The notes beneath the pieces were generated by a model. That model searched no databases and was not told where the DNA came from. It saw only the letters and a list, made by a program, of their open reading frames with translations. A program made the translations under genes and the position numbers. Below, one piece after another: positions 31,242 through 40,117 of a stretch of 64,000 nt of DNA. The stretch spans positions 5,952,001-6,016,000 of the forward strand of contig OZ242214.1 in assembly GCA_965206595.1 (NCBI GenBank). Reading direction: 5' to 3'. The number at the start of each line of letters is the position of its first letter. Position 1 is the first letter of the stretch. Origin of the DNA: Candidatus Latescibacterota bacterium. Its GTDB lineage: Bacteria > Latescibacterota > UBA2968 > UBA8231.

Positions 31242-32471
31242 ATGGAAGGCACCCCCGAATTCTACACCGGCGCTCCCGTCGACCCGGTGGACCTGCGATT
31301 CCGCGAGACGTTTCTGGCGGATCTGTGGCAAACGCTGCGCACCGGGCATGTGGTGCTCACGGCGCCTCGACGAACCGGCAAGACGAGCGTCATGGATTAC
31401 CTGCGCGACCATCCCGAGAACGGATTCTCGGTGGTGTCGATCAACGTTCAGGACCTGACCCATCCGGCCGACTTCTTCCAGGTGCTGCTCGATGGATTCC
31501 ATGATGCGCATCCGGATTTCGTGCGCGACCGGCTTGCCGCAGGTTGGGAACTCGTCAGCGGCGTGCTCGGAAAGGTCGACGAGATCGGTGTCGGCGGCTT
31601 CAAGCTTGCGCTGCGCCGGAGCGATCCCGACTGGCGCGAGAACTGGCGCCAGCACGGCGACACGTTTCTCGCCCAGGCCCGCAATACCGGCGTCCCGATT
31701 CTCTTCATCATCGACGAGTTTCCCGACATGCTGCTCAACCTGTCCCGTGAAGATGCAGGGTTGCTGCGCCAGTTCCTCGCCTGGTTTCGCACCCAGCGAC
31801 AGAATCCGGCACCGGCAAGAGATTCGGTCCGCTGGCTGGTCGGCGGGTCGGTCAATCTGGCCGGCACCCTCGACGCCCTCGGGCTGGTCGATCTCATCAA
31901 CGACCTCGAAGACGTTTCCCTGCCGCCGCTCACCGGTAGCGACATCGAGACCTTCGTGAAGGAGATGCTGAGCGGACGAGGCGTCCCCTTCGACGACGAC
32001 GTTCCGCAACGGCTCGTCGCTCGCCTGGGCCGTCCGATACCCTTCTTCATGCAGATGGCGACCCAGGATCTCTACCGGTTATGGAAACGCGAGCAACGCA
32101 GGATCGCCGCGGCGGATGTCGATGCCGTCTTCGAGGCGATGGTCGTCGGTTCCGCCGCCCGTACCCGACTGCAGCACTTCCATTCGAGGATCAACCGATA
32201 CTATGCGGATCCGAAAGGCTCGATTGCCCATGCCTTGCTGGGACAAATCAGCGTGAGCGAATCGGGGCTGAGGCGCCCAACCCTGTTGCAGGAGACGGAA
32301 CGCCTGCTGATGGAACTCGACGACACGCACCCGGCGCATGAACGCAGGCAGATGTTCAACCAGCTGTTGCTCGACCTGGAGAACGATTTCTACATCGAAG
32401 AGGTCGAAGAGGGGTCCTGCGACTTCGCCAGCGGCGTGCTGAAATCATGGTGGAGAAAATACCATGCCTGA
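31242..32471 (+). CDS. STAND-like/archaeal-ATPase-like P-loop NTPase
   Basis: APRRTGKTS Walker A, LFIIDEF Walker B, GRPIPFFMQ, C-terminal wHTH-like LLDLENDFYI. Confidence 0.85.
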   Translation: MEGTPEFYTGAPVDPVDLRFRETFLADLWQTLRTGHVVLTAPRRTGKTSVMDYLRDHPENGFSVVSINVQDLTHPADFFQVLLDGFHDAHPDFVRDRLAAGWELVSGVLGKVDEIGVGGFKLALRRSDPDWRENWRQHGDTFLAQARNTGVPILFIIDEFPDMLLNLSREDAGLLRQFLAWFRTQRQNPAPARDSVRWLVGGSVNLAGTLDALGLVDLINDLEDVSLPPLTGSDIETFVKEMLSGRGVPFDDDVPQRLVARLGRPIPFFMQMATQDLYRLWKREQRRIAAADVDAVFEAMVVGSAARTRLQHFHSRINRYYADPKGSIAHALLGQISVSESGLRRPTLLQETERLLMELDDTHPAHERRQMFNQLLLDLENDFYIEEVEEGSCDFASGVLKSWWRKYHA

Positions 32472-35232
32472 ACCGGCCCTCCCTTCGAACATCGGCCTGT
32501 ACCGATCGGGCGTGACCAGCCCGGAGCGCCTCCGCCATACCAGCGTTGCGCGTGAACACCTGCTCGACAACGCCATCGAATCCCTGCGTGGTTCGGTGGA
32601 CAGGAAGTCGAAAAGCCACCTGCTGTTCATCGGTCCGCGCGGAATCGGCAAGACCCACCTGCTTTCGTGCATCGAAGACGCCGTTCAGTCCGACGAAACG
32701 CTGAGCGCAAGTGTCGTAATCGTCCGGTTCCCGGAGGAATCGAACCGGACGCTGTCCTTCGCCGATTTCCTGATCGGCATGTGCGGGATTTTGAAGGAAG
32801 TCCTCGAAGACGAACCGCTGTGGACGGAGCTGTTCGCCGCGGTGCAGACCGAAGAAAACGACGCCAGGGTCGCCGACACGCTGGTGCCGGCAATCCGCGA
32901 AGAGAATCGCAGGCGTGGCCGGACAATGCTCGTCATGCTCGAAAACCTGGGCGAGATCCTCACCCGGCAAATCCGCGACAAGAACGCCGTCGCCGCTCTG
33001 CGCAAGTTTTTCATGGCCGACAACGGTTGCCTGCTGCTGGCCACCGCACCGCTGCATTTCGACGGAATCACCGACATCGGACAGCCGTTCTACGACTTCT
33101 TCGACATTCAGATCCTGGAGAACCTGAGCTTCGAGGACACGGTTGAAGTCATCCGGCTGAACCTCGAGTGGGAAGGACGCACGGACATTCTCGAAACCCT
33201 GGAGGACATGCGTCCCCGCCTGCGATCGCTCTATCAGATGACGGGGGGAAACCCGCGGCTGACGATGATGCTCTACGAGCTGATCGCCCACGAGTCGGTC
33301 ACCAGCGTGCAGGATCAGTTCCTCCGGCTGCTCGACCGTATCTCGCCGTTCTACCAGGGCCGCTTGAACGACCTGCCACCCGGCCAGCGCGCCTTGCTGG
33401 AATGTCTGGCGAGCATGCGCGGCCAGGAGAAGACGCCGGCCGCCATCGCCGCGCGAATGCGCATGAGCCAGCAGGAGGCGTCGTCGCTTCTCAAGCGTCT
33501 CACCAGTGCCCATTACCTGCGCGCAGACCGGCACCCGCAAGACCGGCGTTCGCGCCTCTACACGATTCGCGAGGGATTCTTCGACATCTGGCTCGCGATG
33601 AATCTCTCCCGCGGCGCACGCAGGCGCATGCCGTTCCTGCTCGACTTCTTCAGTCTCTTCTACCCGAGCATCGCGGCCCGCGAGGAAAAGCGCGGCCAGT
33701 TGCGCGCGAAGCTTCTCGAAGAGGGCAGTGATGACGCGGAAAGGTCTCTTGACTACCTGAGTGAAGTCGGCGACGAAGGGGAGCGGGCGACCGCGAAGTT
33801 CGACATGGCCCGAATCTACGCCCGCCGGGGAGATGTCGATCAGACGGTGAGCTACGTGCGGGAAGCCGCCCCCCTGGCCGGAGACGGAGTGAGCCGGTCG
33901 ATTGCCCGCATTGCCGACAGCACTCCGGCGGCTCCCGACTATCTCTCCGAAATCGAGGAAATGATTGAGTGCTGGGAGATGCATCGTAGCGGCGAGCTCG
34001 AGGAGTTTGCCCACCGGCTCGCGGAGATGGGGGAAAAACTGACTCTGCGCACCTTCTCCGAGGCCAGACTGGCTTTTCTGCGAGATACCCTGGAAAGCGT
34101 GGACGATTCCGAGGAACGGATCGCGCAGCGCCTGAGGATTGCCGCAGTGCTGATGGAACTCGCACGTTGGAAGGAGTGCGAGGAGCAGCAGCGCCATGCG
34201 CTTGCTGAGGCAACGGCACTCGCAAATGCGACACTTGAGGCATGGACGTCGAACGAGCTGGCGCAACTGCTAGGGCGCACCAACCGACGCGGAGAGGCCG
34301 AGCCGCTGATGCGGCGTGCGCTGGAGGTCTGCGTGGCCGCCCACGGCGATCAGCACCCAACCGTGGCGATCTGCTTGAACAATCTGGCGACTCTGCTGCA
34401 GGACACCAACCGTATCGAAGAAGCCGAGCCGCTGATGCGGCGTGCGCTGGAGATCGACGTGGCCGCCCACGGCGATCAGCACCCGACCGTGGCGATCCGC
34501 TTGAACAACCTGGCGATTCTGCTGAAAGACACCAACCGCATCGAGGAGGCGGAGCCGCTGATGCGCTGTGCTCTGGAGATCGATGTGGCGGCCCTCGGCG
34601 AGCAGCACCCGAAAGTGGCGATTGGTTTGAGCAACCTGGCGCAAGTACTGAAAGACACCAACCGCATCAAGGAAGCCGAACCGCTGATGCGCCGTGCTCT
34701 GGAGATCGACGAGGCCGCCTTCGGCGAGCAGCACCCAACCGTGGCGATCCGTTTGAACAACCTGGCGATTCTGCTGAAAGACACCAACCGCATCGAGGAG
34801 GCGGAGCCGCTGATGCGGCGTGCGTTGGAGATCGACGAGAGGTCCTTCGGTCAGCAGCATCCGACCGTGGCGACAGACATGGACAACCTGGCGATTCTGC
34901 TGAAAGACACCAACCGCATCGAGGAGGCGGAGCCGCTGATGCGGCGTGCGTTGGAGATCGACGAGAGGTCCTTCGGCCAGCAGCACCCGACCGTGGCGAG
35001 AGATCTGAACAACTTGGGGACGCTGCTACAGGCCACTCACCGCATCGAGGAGGCGGAGCCGCTGATGCGGCGTGCGTTGGAGATCGGCGAGACGGCTTAC
35101 GGTCAGCAGCATCCAGACGTAGCGACATACATGAACAACCTGGCGACCCTGCTGCTGGACACTCACCTGATCGAGGAAGCCGAGCTCTTGATGCGGCGAT
35201 CTCTGGAAATCCTGGACACCTTCCGTCGCTAG
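32464..35232 (+). CDS. STAND-like NTPase + wHTH + 42-aa TPR array (likely extends to 35319 past an in-frame TAG)
   Basis: GPRGIGKT, VMLENL, TGGNPRL (GxP), wHTH TPAAIAARMRMSQQEASSLLKRL, TPRs. Confidence 0.88.
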   Translation: MPEPALPSNIGLYRSGVTSPERLRHTSVAREHLLDNAIESLRGSVDRKSKSHLLFIGPRGIGKTHLLSCIEDAVQSDETLSASVVIVRFPEESNRTLSFADFLIGMCGILKEVLEDEPLWTELFAAVQTEENDARVADTLVPAIREENRRRGRTMLVMLENLGEILTRQIRDKNAVAALRKFFMADNGCLLLATAPLHFDGITDIGQPFYDFFDIQILENLSFEDTVEVIRLNLEWEGRTDILETLEDMRPRLRSLYQMTGGNPRLTMMLYELIAHESVTSVQDQFLRLLDRISPFYQGRLNDLPPGQRALLECLASMRGQEKTPAAIAARMRMSQQEASSLLKRLTSAHYLRADRHPQDRRSRLYTIREGFFDIWLAMNLSRGARRRMPFLLDFFSLFYPSIAAREEKRGQLRAKLLEEGSDDAERSLDYLSEVGDEGERATAKFDMARIYARRGDVDQTVSYVREAAPLAGDGVSRSIARIADSTPAAPDYLSEIEEMIECWEMHRSGELEEFAHRLAEMGEKLTLRTFSEARLAFLRDTLESVDDSEERIAQRLRIAAVLMELARWKECEEQQRHALAEATALANATLEAWTSNELAQLLGRTNRRGEAEPLMRRALEVCVAAHGDQHPTVAICLNNLATLLQDTNRIEEAEPLMRRALEIDVAAHGDQHPTVAIRLNNLAILLKDTNRIEEAEPLMRCALEIDVAALGEQHPKVAIGLSNLAQVLKDTNRIKEAEPLMRRALEIDEAAFGEQHPTVAIRLNNLAILLKDTNRIEEAEPLMRRALEIDERSFGQQHPTVATDMDNLAILLKDTNRIEEAEPLMRRALEIDERSFGQQHPTVARDLNNLGTLLQATHRIEEAEPLMRRALEIGETAYGQQHPDVATYMNNLATLLLDTHLIEEAELLMRRSLEILDTFRR
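34294..35220 (+). repeat. 126-bp tandem repeats encoding TPRs (7 full units + cap)
   Basis: GAGCCGCTGATGCG-like motif recurs at 34300, 34426, 34552 ... 35182. Confidence 0.95.
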
Positions 35233-35372
35233 ACCGGGCACGAGCACCCGCACTTCCAAAACGCCAACGAGAGCTATCAGGCCCTTAAGCGGGCCATGGG
35301 ATCCAACGAGCCGGATTGATCGGCAGCGCCGGGATCGGGCCGGCAAACCGGCCCACGCCGCTTGGGTGGATT

Positions 35373-36013
35373 CTATGGCTGTCCCGAGCGGCGCGGACTC
35401 GAAAGATGTTCGGGGATGCCCTGTCCCATCACCATGGCTGCGACGTCGTCCTGCGTGACGTCGGAGATCGGGAAGTCGCCGACCTTTTCACCGTGGCTGA
35501 GAATGGTTGCGCGGTCGGCGACTTCAAAGACATGGGAAATGTTGTGGGTGATGAAAATCACCCCCAGCCCCTTTTCTTTTGCGGCGGCGATATAGCCGAG
35601 CACCTTGCGGGTTTCGCCTACGGAAAGAGCAGAAGTCGGTTCATCGAGGATGAGTACGGGAGTCCCGAAGTGAAGGGCGCGGGCTATGGAGATCGATTGC
35701 CGCTCTCCGCCGGAAAGAAGGGCGACGGACTCCTTCGCGTTGCGGATGTGAATACCTATCTCACCCAGCGCCGTGGCCGCCCCGGTGTCCATCCCCGCCT
35801 GGTCGAAAAGGGTGAAGGGACCGACCCGCCTGGTGAGCTCCCTGCCCAGAAAGAAATTGCGCGCAATGCTCATGCTCGGAACTAGCGCAAGATCCTGATA
35901 CACGGTCTCGATCCCGAGGTCGCGGGCATCCTGCGGCGAGTCGAAGCGGACAGCCCTGCCCTCGAAATACATAACACCTGAGCTCGGCGGATAAACACCC
36001 GTAATCACCTTAC
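35373..36013 (-). pseudogene. Sugar ABC transporter ATPase, 5'-truncated (no Walker A)
   Basis: LSGGERQ, ILDEPT, ITHN present; GxxGxGKS absent. Confidence 0.8.
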
Positions 36014-36221
36014 ATAAGCAAGGAAAAGAAATGAAGCGCACGGTGGGGGAAATTGCGCTGATCGGCTTACTCAGGGTTGAAGGGGCCTATACAAGCGATT
36101 TGGAATTGGCACCCAAGTTTTCACCTATCGTGAGGTTTACGGAAGACCCCGGCAACAACGGGAGAGATATCCGCGTAACCAGGCCGGAACCCGGCCGTTT
36201 TGAAGCAAGGAGCAAAGGCAA

Positions 36222-37460
36222 TTGAAAGTCCGACCTGACCTCGTCCCCGAGACCGAGCGGAATAACCTAGAAGTCATTCAGCTTACGGATGAGTCGATCC
36301 CCTCATCGCATGTCTATATGGAAGCGCAGATCTTCACGCCCGATTCGCAGCGGCTGATCCTCCACCGCTCGGCGCACCCGCACGGCTCTGATCCGCAGGA
36401 CCCGGAGCACCAGTTTCTGGTTTGCAACCTGGAAGACAATTGCAGCCTGACGCCGATCACCACCGAGCCTGGAACGACGGGGCCGTCTGTCTCACCGGAT
36501 GGCGACTACCTGTTCTACTTCGTCGATGAAACAGAGCCAGGAACAGACGGACGACTGACGCTGAAGCGGGTCGGGCTGGATGGGTCTGAAGGCGAGATCG
36601 TCTACGTCCTGGATCACGCGATTCCGGGGACCGGTTTCAGGCTGAGCCGGCCGTATCCGCTTTCGACGATTCCATCCGATGGCCGGCGCATCGCCATCTC
36701 GGGATTCCTCGGGGACGGCAACACCGCCGGGGCGCCCTGGGGTCTGCTCGTCTTCGAGATCGAAGAGCCATCCGTGCGGTTGGTCTTTCACGGTCCCAGC
36801 TGGTGCAACATTCACCCGCAGTACACGCGTCAAACGGACCCCAAAGCTTCCCACGACCTCATGATCCAGGAAAATCACGGGAATATCGTTTCAGCCGATG
36901 GCAGGCTGGAGAAGCTCGTCAGCGGGCTTGGCGCGGACATCCACCTGATCCGGGACGATGGCACGGATCTGCGCGATTTCCCCTGGGGCAGGGATGGGAA
37001 CGAGTTCTGTCAGGGGCATCAGTGCTGGCAGGGGAGAAGCGACATTGCCATCACCAGCACCTCGACGCGCGAACCGGACGAAAGACAGCTCATCTCGGGC
37101 AGGGCGACCGCGCACGTCGGCGATGAAGGCATCAACACGCCGGGCGGCTGGCGCAACGACCTGTCCCGCTCCTTTGCCGGGCCCGATTTCTGGCTTTTCG
37201 CAACGGACATGGACGGGATCCGTCTGATCACGGATGCGGGCCCGAAAGACGGGGGCGGCGCGGTCTGGCTGTTCGACCTTCCCGAGGAAGAGGAAGGTGC
37301 GCCGGCGAATACGCGGAAGGTCGCAAGCCCCGGATCGTCCTGGCAGAAGGACACCCACATCCATCCTTTCCGCTCGCCGGATGGAGGTTCGGGCTTCTTC
37401 AATTCCGATGAAAGTGGCGTGTTGCAGGCCTACATGGTGCGCGGCTGGGAAGTGACGTAA
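36222..37460 (+). CDS. Oligogalacturonate-lyase-like beta-propeller protein
   Basis: VIQLTD..PSSHVYMEAQIFTPDS; C-terminal HIHPF.SPDG...FNSD. Confidence 0.65.
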   Translation: MKVRPDLVPETERNNLEVIQLTDESIPSSHVYMEAQIFTPDSQRLILHRSAHPHGSDPQDPEHQFLVCNLEDNCSLTPITTEPGTTGPSVSPDGDYLFYFVDETEPGTDGRLTLKRVGLDGSEGEIVYVLDHAIPGTGFRLSRPYPLSTIPSDGRRIAISGFLGDGNTAGAPWGLLVFEIEEPSVRLVFHGPSWCNIHPQYTRQTDPKASHDLMIQENHGNIVSADGRLEKLVSGLGADIHLIRDDGTDLRDFPWGRDGNEFCQGHQCWQGRSDIAITSTSTREPDERQLISGRATAHVGDEGINTPGGWRNDLSRSFAGPDFWLFATDMDGIRLITDAGPKDGGGAVWLFDLPEEEEGAPANTRKVASPGSSWQKDTHIHPFRSPDGGSGFFNSDESGVLQAYMVRGWEVT

Positions 37461-37495
37461 GAGAGTGGCATTGATAACCGGCTGTTCTGCGGCTG

Positions 37496-38002
37496 TCAGC
37501 AGGTGTCCAGCAGTTTGCGGAGCGCGGCCTTTTCACGGGCATCGACGCTGAGTTTGTACTTCGTCTTCACCCGGATGATGGTTCGTGCGAACCAGCATTT
37601 ATTCCGTCTGGGTGACCAGCCGGCCGCATCCTTGTTGTATTTCCTTCGATTGACGCTCGGCAGGGCCAGAACCAGGTTGTCCAGGTCCTGGGCAAACTGT
37701 TGGCGCCGAGCATAGGAAGCGCCGCACATACCAGAATCGTGGGCTTCGGACAGGGCCACTACGTGCTCGATGTGGCTTTCGTTCAGGCTGGAGAACCGGT
37801 ACCCGGTATAGCGGGAAACCCTTCCGTCCCGTTTTGCAATCAGGGGTTCAACAGATTGCGGGTAGTAGTAGTCGGACCGATCGTAGGAACTGCACCGGTA
37901 TTCCGGCCTCACTGTCAGGGTGTTCAGCTTCCTGGTATCTGAGCAGGAATACCAGGCATAGACCAACAACAGCAACACCAAGGCACATACCCAACGACTC
38001 AT
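37496..38002 (-). CDS. Secreted/membrane-anchored HNH nuclease (DUF1524-like)
   Basis: IEHVVALSEAHDSG, NLVLA...NRRK, VKTKYKLSVD; N-terminal hydrophobic segment. Confidence 0.8.
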   Translation of the reverse strand: MSRWVCALVLLLLVYAWYSCSDTRKLNTLTVRPEYRCSSYDRSDYYYPQSVEPLIAKRDGRVSRYTGYRFSSLNESHIEHVVALSEAHDSGMCGASYARRQQFAQDLDNLVLALPSVNRRKYNKDAAGWSPRRNKCWFARTIIRVKTKYKLSVDAREKAALRKLLDTC

Positions 38003-38110
38003 CGCTTTTTGTACAAGAAGCCGAGCTGGTGATTCATCCTTTGCTTGAGTCTCCGCAGGACCTCTAGGTCAATTTCCGGATGGTCCAAGGTGGGTACATC
38101 GACTCCTTGT

Positions 38111-38524
38111 CTAACTGTGTATCCCGTCCAGTTCGGGCAAGAGTTTAACGCTCTCTTGTTCGTTGGGGTCCGTCCGGGCGATCACGGCAGTGCAGGTTTC
38201 AGTCTCGCTGGGATTGTAGGGAAGGTGAGGGATGCCGGCGGGGATGTAAATGAAGTCGCCGCTGTTGATGTCTGCATGCTCTTCCAGCCGCTCGCCATAC
38301 CACATTCCAGCCTGGCCGCTGATGACATAAACAGCTGTCTCGTGGTTTTCGTGCAGGTGTGCCCTGGCTCGTTCTTCAGGAGGCATGTTCAGCAGGTGCA
38401 TGCAAATCCTCTGCGAGCCGGTGTTCTCGGCGGCGATTCCCGCAATGTAGGAGAGTGCCTGTTTGCCTTCGTAGGATTCCCGGCTGCGAATCACTTTGCA
38501 GGTTTGCTTGGGGTGCTCTGACAT
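38111..38524 (-). CDS. Cupin-domain protein
   Basis: AHLHENHETAVY, GDFIYIPAGIPH. Confidence 0.85.
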   Translation of the reverse strand: MSEHPKQTCKVIRSRESYEGKQALSYIAGIAAENTGSQRICMHLLNMPPEERARAHLHENHETAVYVISGQAGMWYGERLEEHADINSGDFIYIPAGIPHLPYNPSETETCTAVIARTDPNEQESVKLLPELDGIHS

Positions 38525-38584
38525 TGTTTTCCTCCGGTGAATTTACAGACCTGATACACCAGTCCGTCGAGGAGGTTCGGCTCC

Positions 38585-38798
38585 GCGGACCGTATCGCGG
38601 AACACGGTGGTGACGCCGAGCAGTTCGATCTCCCCGCACATGAGCGCATACGGCAGCGCCAGGGCGTCCTCGATGTCGGTGTCCAGGATGATCTTGTGCA
38701 CTGCGTGCTCCTCTCCGTCGGGCAAACGGCCAAGGATGGATCCATTAATAGGTAAAAAGTAGGCACCTTTTTTGACTCTCGGCCAAGGCGCTGAGCGC
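38585..38798 (-). repeat. Direct repeat copy 2: oriIS-like end + degenerate nucleoside hydrolase fragment
   Basis: VHKIILDTDIEDALAL...FRDTVR; matches 30918-31144. Confidence 0.85.
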
Positions 38799-39035
38799 AC
38801 CGCAAGGGCCAAGCAACTCCCCTGAGGATCGTCAGCAGGTCCTTCGCAGATTTCGCAGTACGGTTTTGTATTTCCTGTCGGCACGTATCAGGATCAATCC
38901 GGGGCCTGAGGGACCGTTAGGCAGGTCAAGCGGCGGACTCGAACTGCGGCTGCGGCGGGGCCCTCGCAGGGGCCAACGCCGGGGTCCGGGCCGGCAACCC
39001 GACCCTGTTTAGATAGCGTCGGATCGAGGCCGAGC
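38748..39035 (-). mobile_element. IS91-family 3' remnant (transposase C-terminus + oriIS-like end)
   Basis: ASIRRYLNRVGLP...PARAPP; non-coding tail homologous to ~62900-63090. Confidence 0.7.
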
Positions 39036-39246
39036 CCGTGGAGCAGGGGGCGCCGGTTGGGGGGGCTGGAGTAGTATCGGCTCCCCCAGGCTCGGCATCA
39101 GGGCGGCCGGTTCGCGGCGGCGCAGGGAGCGGGCCGAGTACCAGGCGTTCCCTTGGCCCATCCATTATCGCGTTGGCGGCAAGCCGGTCTCTGGCGGAAA
39201 ACCGCGGAAGGACGACAAGTCCCCGGCCCGCACGGCATCATGGAGC

Positions 39247-39544
39247 CACTACTGTCCGGTTGAGCGCTTTGAAGAATCGTGTAAGTAATGCATCTACAAT
39301 GAGTTGTGCGAATAAATGACCGTTGTCGATATCTGGATCGCTATCAGCACGTACGTGCTCGTGGCCATCGTCAAGAAGCAGCTACACGTCGACCGCCGTC
39401 TGGCCGAAATCCTGCAAATCTTCACCGTTTCGCTGTTCGAGAAAGTCGATATTTTACAATTGCTTACGAGAATCAACTCCCAATACCAATCAGAGCATCT
39501 TTGTAACCAGTTGAGCTTATTCGACTTATAACCGGACAGTAGTG
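39247..39544 (+). mobile_element. 298-bp internally deleted IS4-family element (MITE-like)
   Basis: IR CACTACTGTCCGGTT / AACCGGACAGTAGTG; 9-bp TSD TCATGGAGC; remnant IWIAISTYVLVAIVKK...QLSLFDL. Confidence 0.85.
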
Positions 39545-39796
39545 TCATGGAGCAATAAAATTTTTTCAATATCATCAATATACCTGGCCAAATCCGGGGT
39601 TCAGACAGCTGGCTTTTGGAACCTTTGCAGCACGTGCCGGCAAGGAAATCCGCGCCCGTCCAACTACCCGGCCCCCCCTTGCCCTGGTTGCTGCTGTTCC
39701 CCCCGGTCGGCTTTCTGCCTGTCCGCGTGGCTGCGGATGCGGGCCCTCCCCGCCGAGATTCGACCGCACGGGCCTATTTCCTGCCCTTGTCCTTTG

Positions 39797-40045
39797 TGTT
39801 TCAAATTGAGACAGGCGTCGCATATCGCGACACATGGCCTTTACTGCCGCCCCCTGAGTTTATATAACCCGTTCATAAACAGTTGGTTGAACAGTTGACT
39901 CCCCTTTAGGCGACCCCCGGGGCAGGCGCAGTAATGTTTCAAAATGCGACACTCGCCCCCTTTTCCTCGCTTCACTCCATATGGGTTAACCCCTTTATCT
40001 GCAAGTAGTTAGCTCCATTTCCTCGAAGATGGCACAGTCTTTGCA
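39797..40045 (+). promoter_or_regulatory. sigma54 promoter with upstream enhancer-like palindromes
   Basis: TGGCAC-N5-TTGCA at 40030-40045; TGT-N11-ACA-like sites at 39797, 39816, 39935. Confidence 0.7.
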
Positions 40046-40117
40046 CGCCCATACAGGATCCAAACGCGCAGGCCCCCCGGTGCGTTCCTGCCGGGGCTTC
40101 GGCACCCCCGGTCCTGC

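Noticed and set aside
30147-32009. 620-aa ORF as a long nucleoside hydrolase fusion
   Set aside because: The N-terminal half is antisense to the ATPase; the hydrolase starts at GTG 31046 after a GGAGAGGAG RBS
34294-35220. CRISPR array or DGR template/variable repeats
   Set aside because: In-frame coding repeats without spacers; no cas or reverse transcriptase gene in the window; differences not obviously adenine-specific
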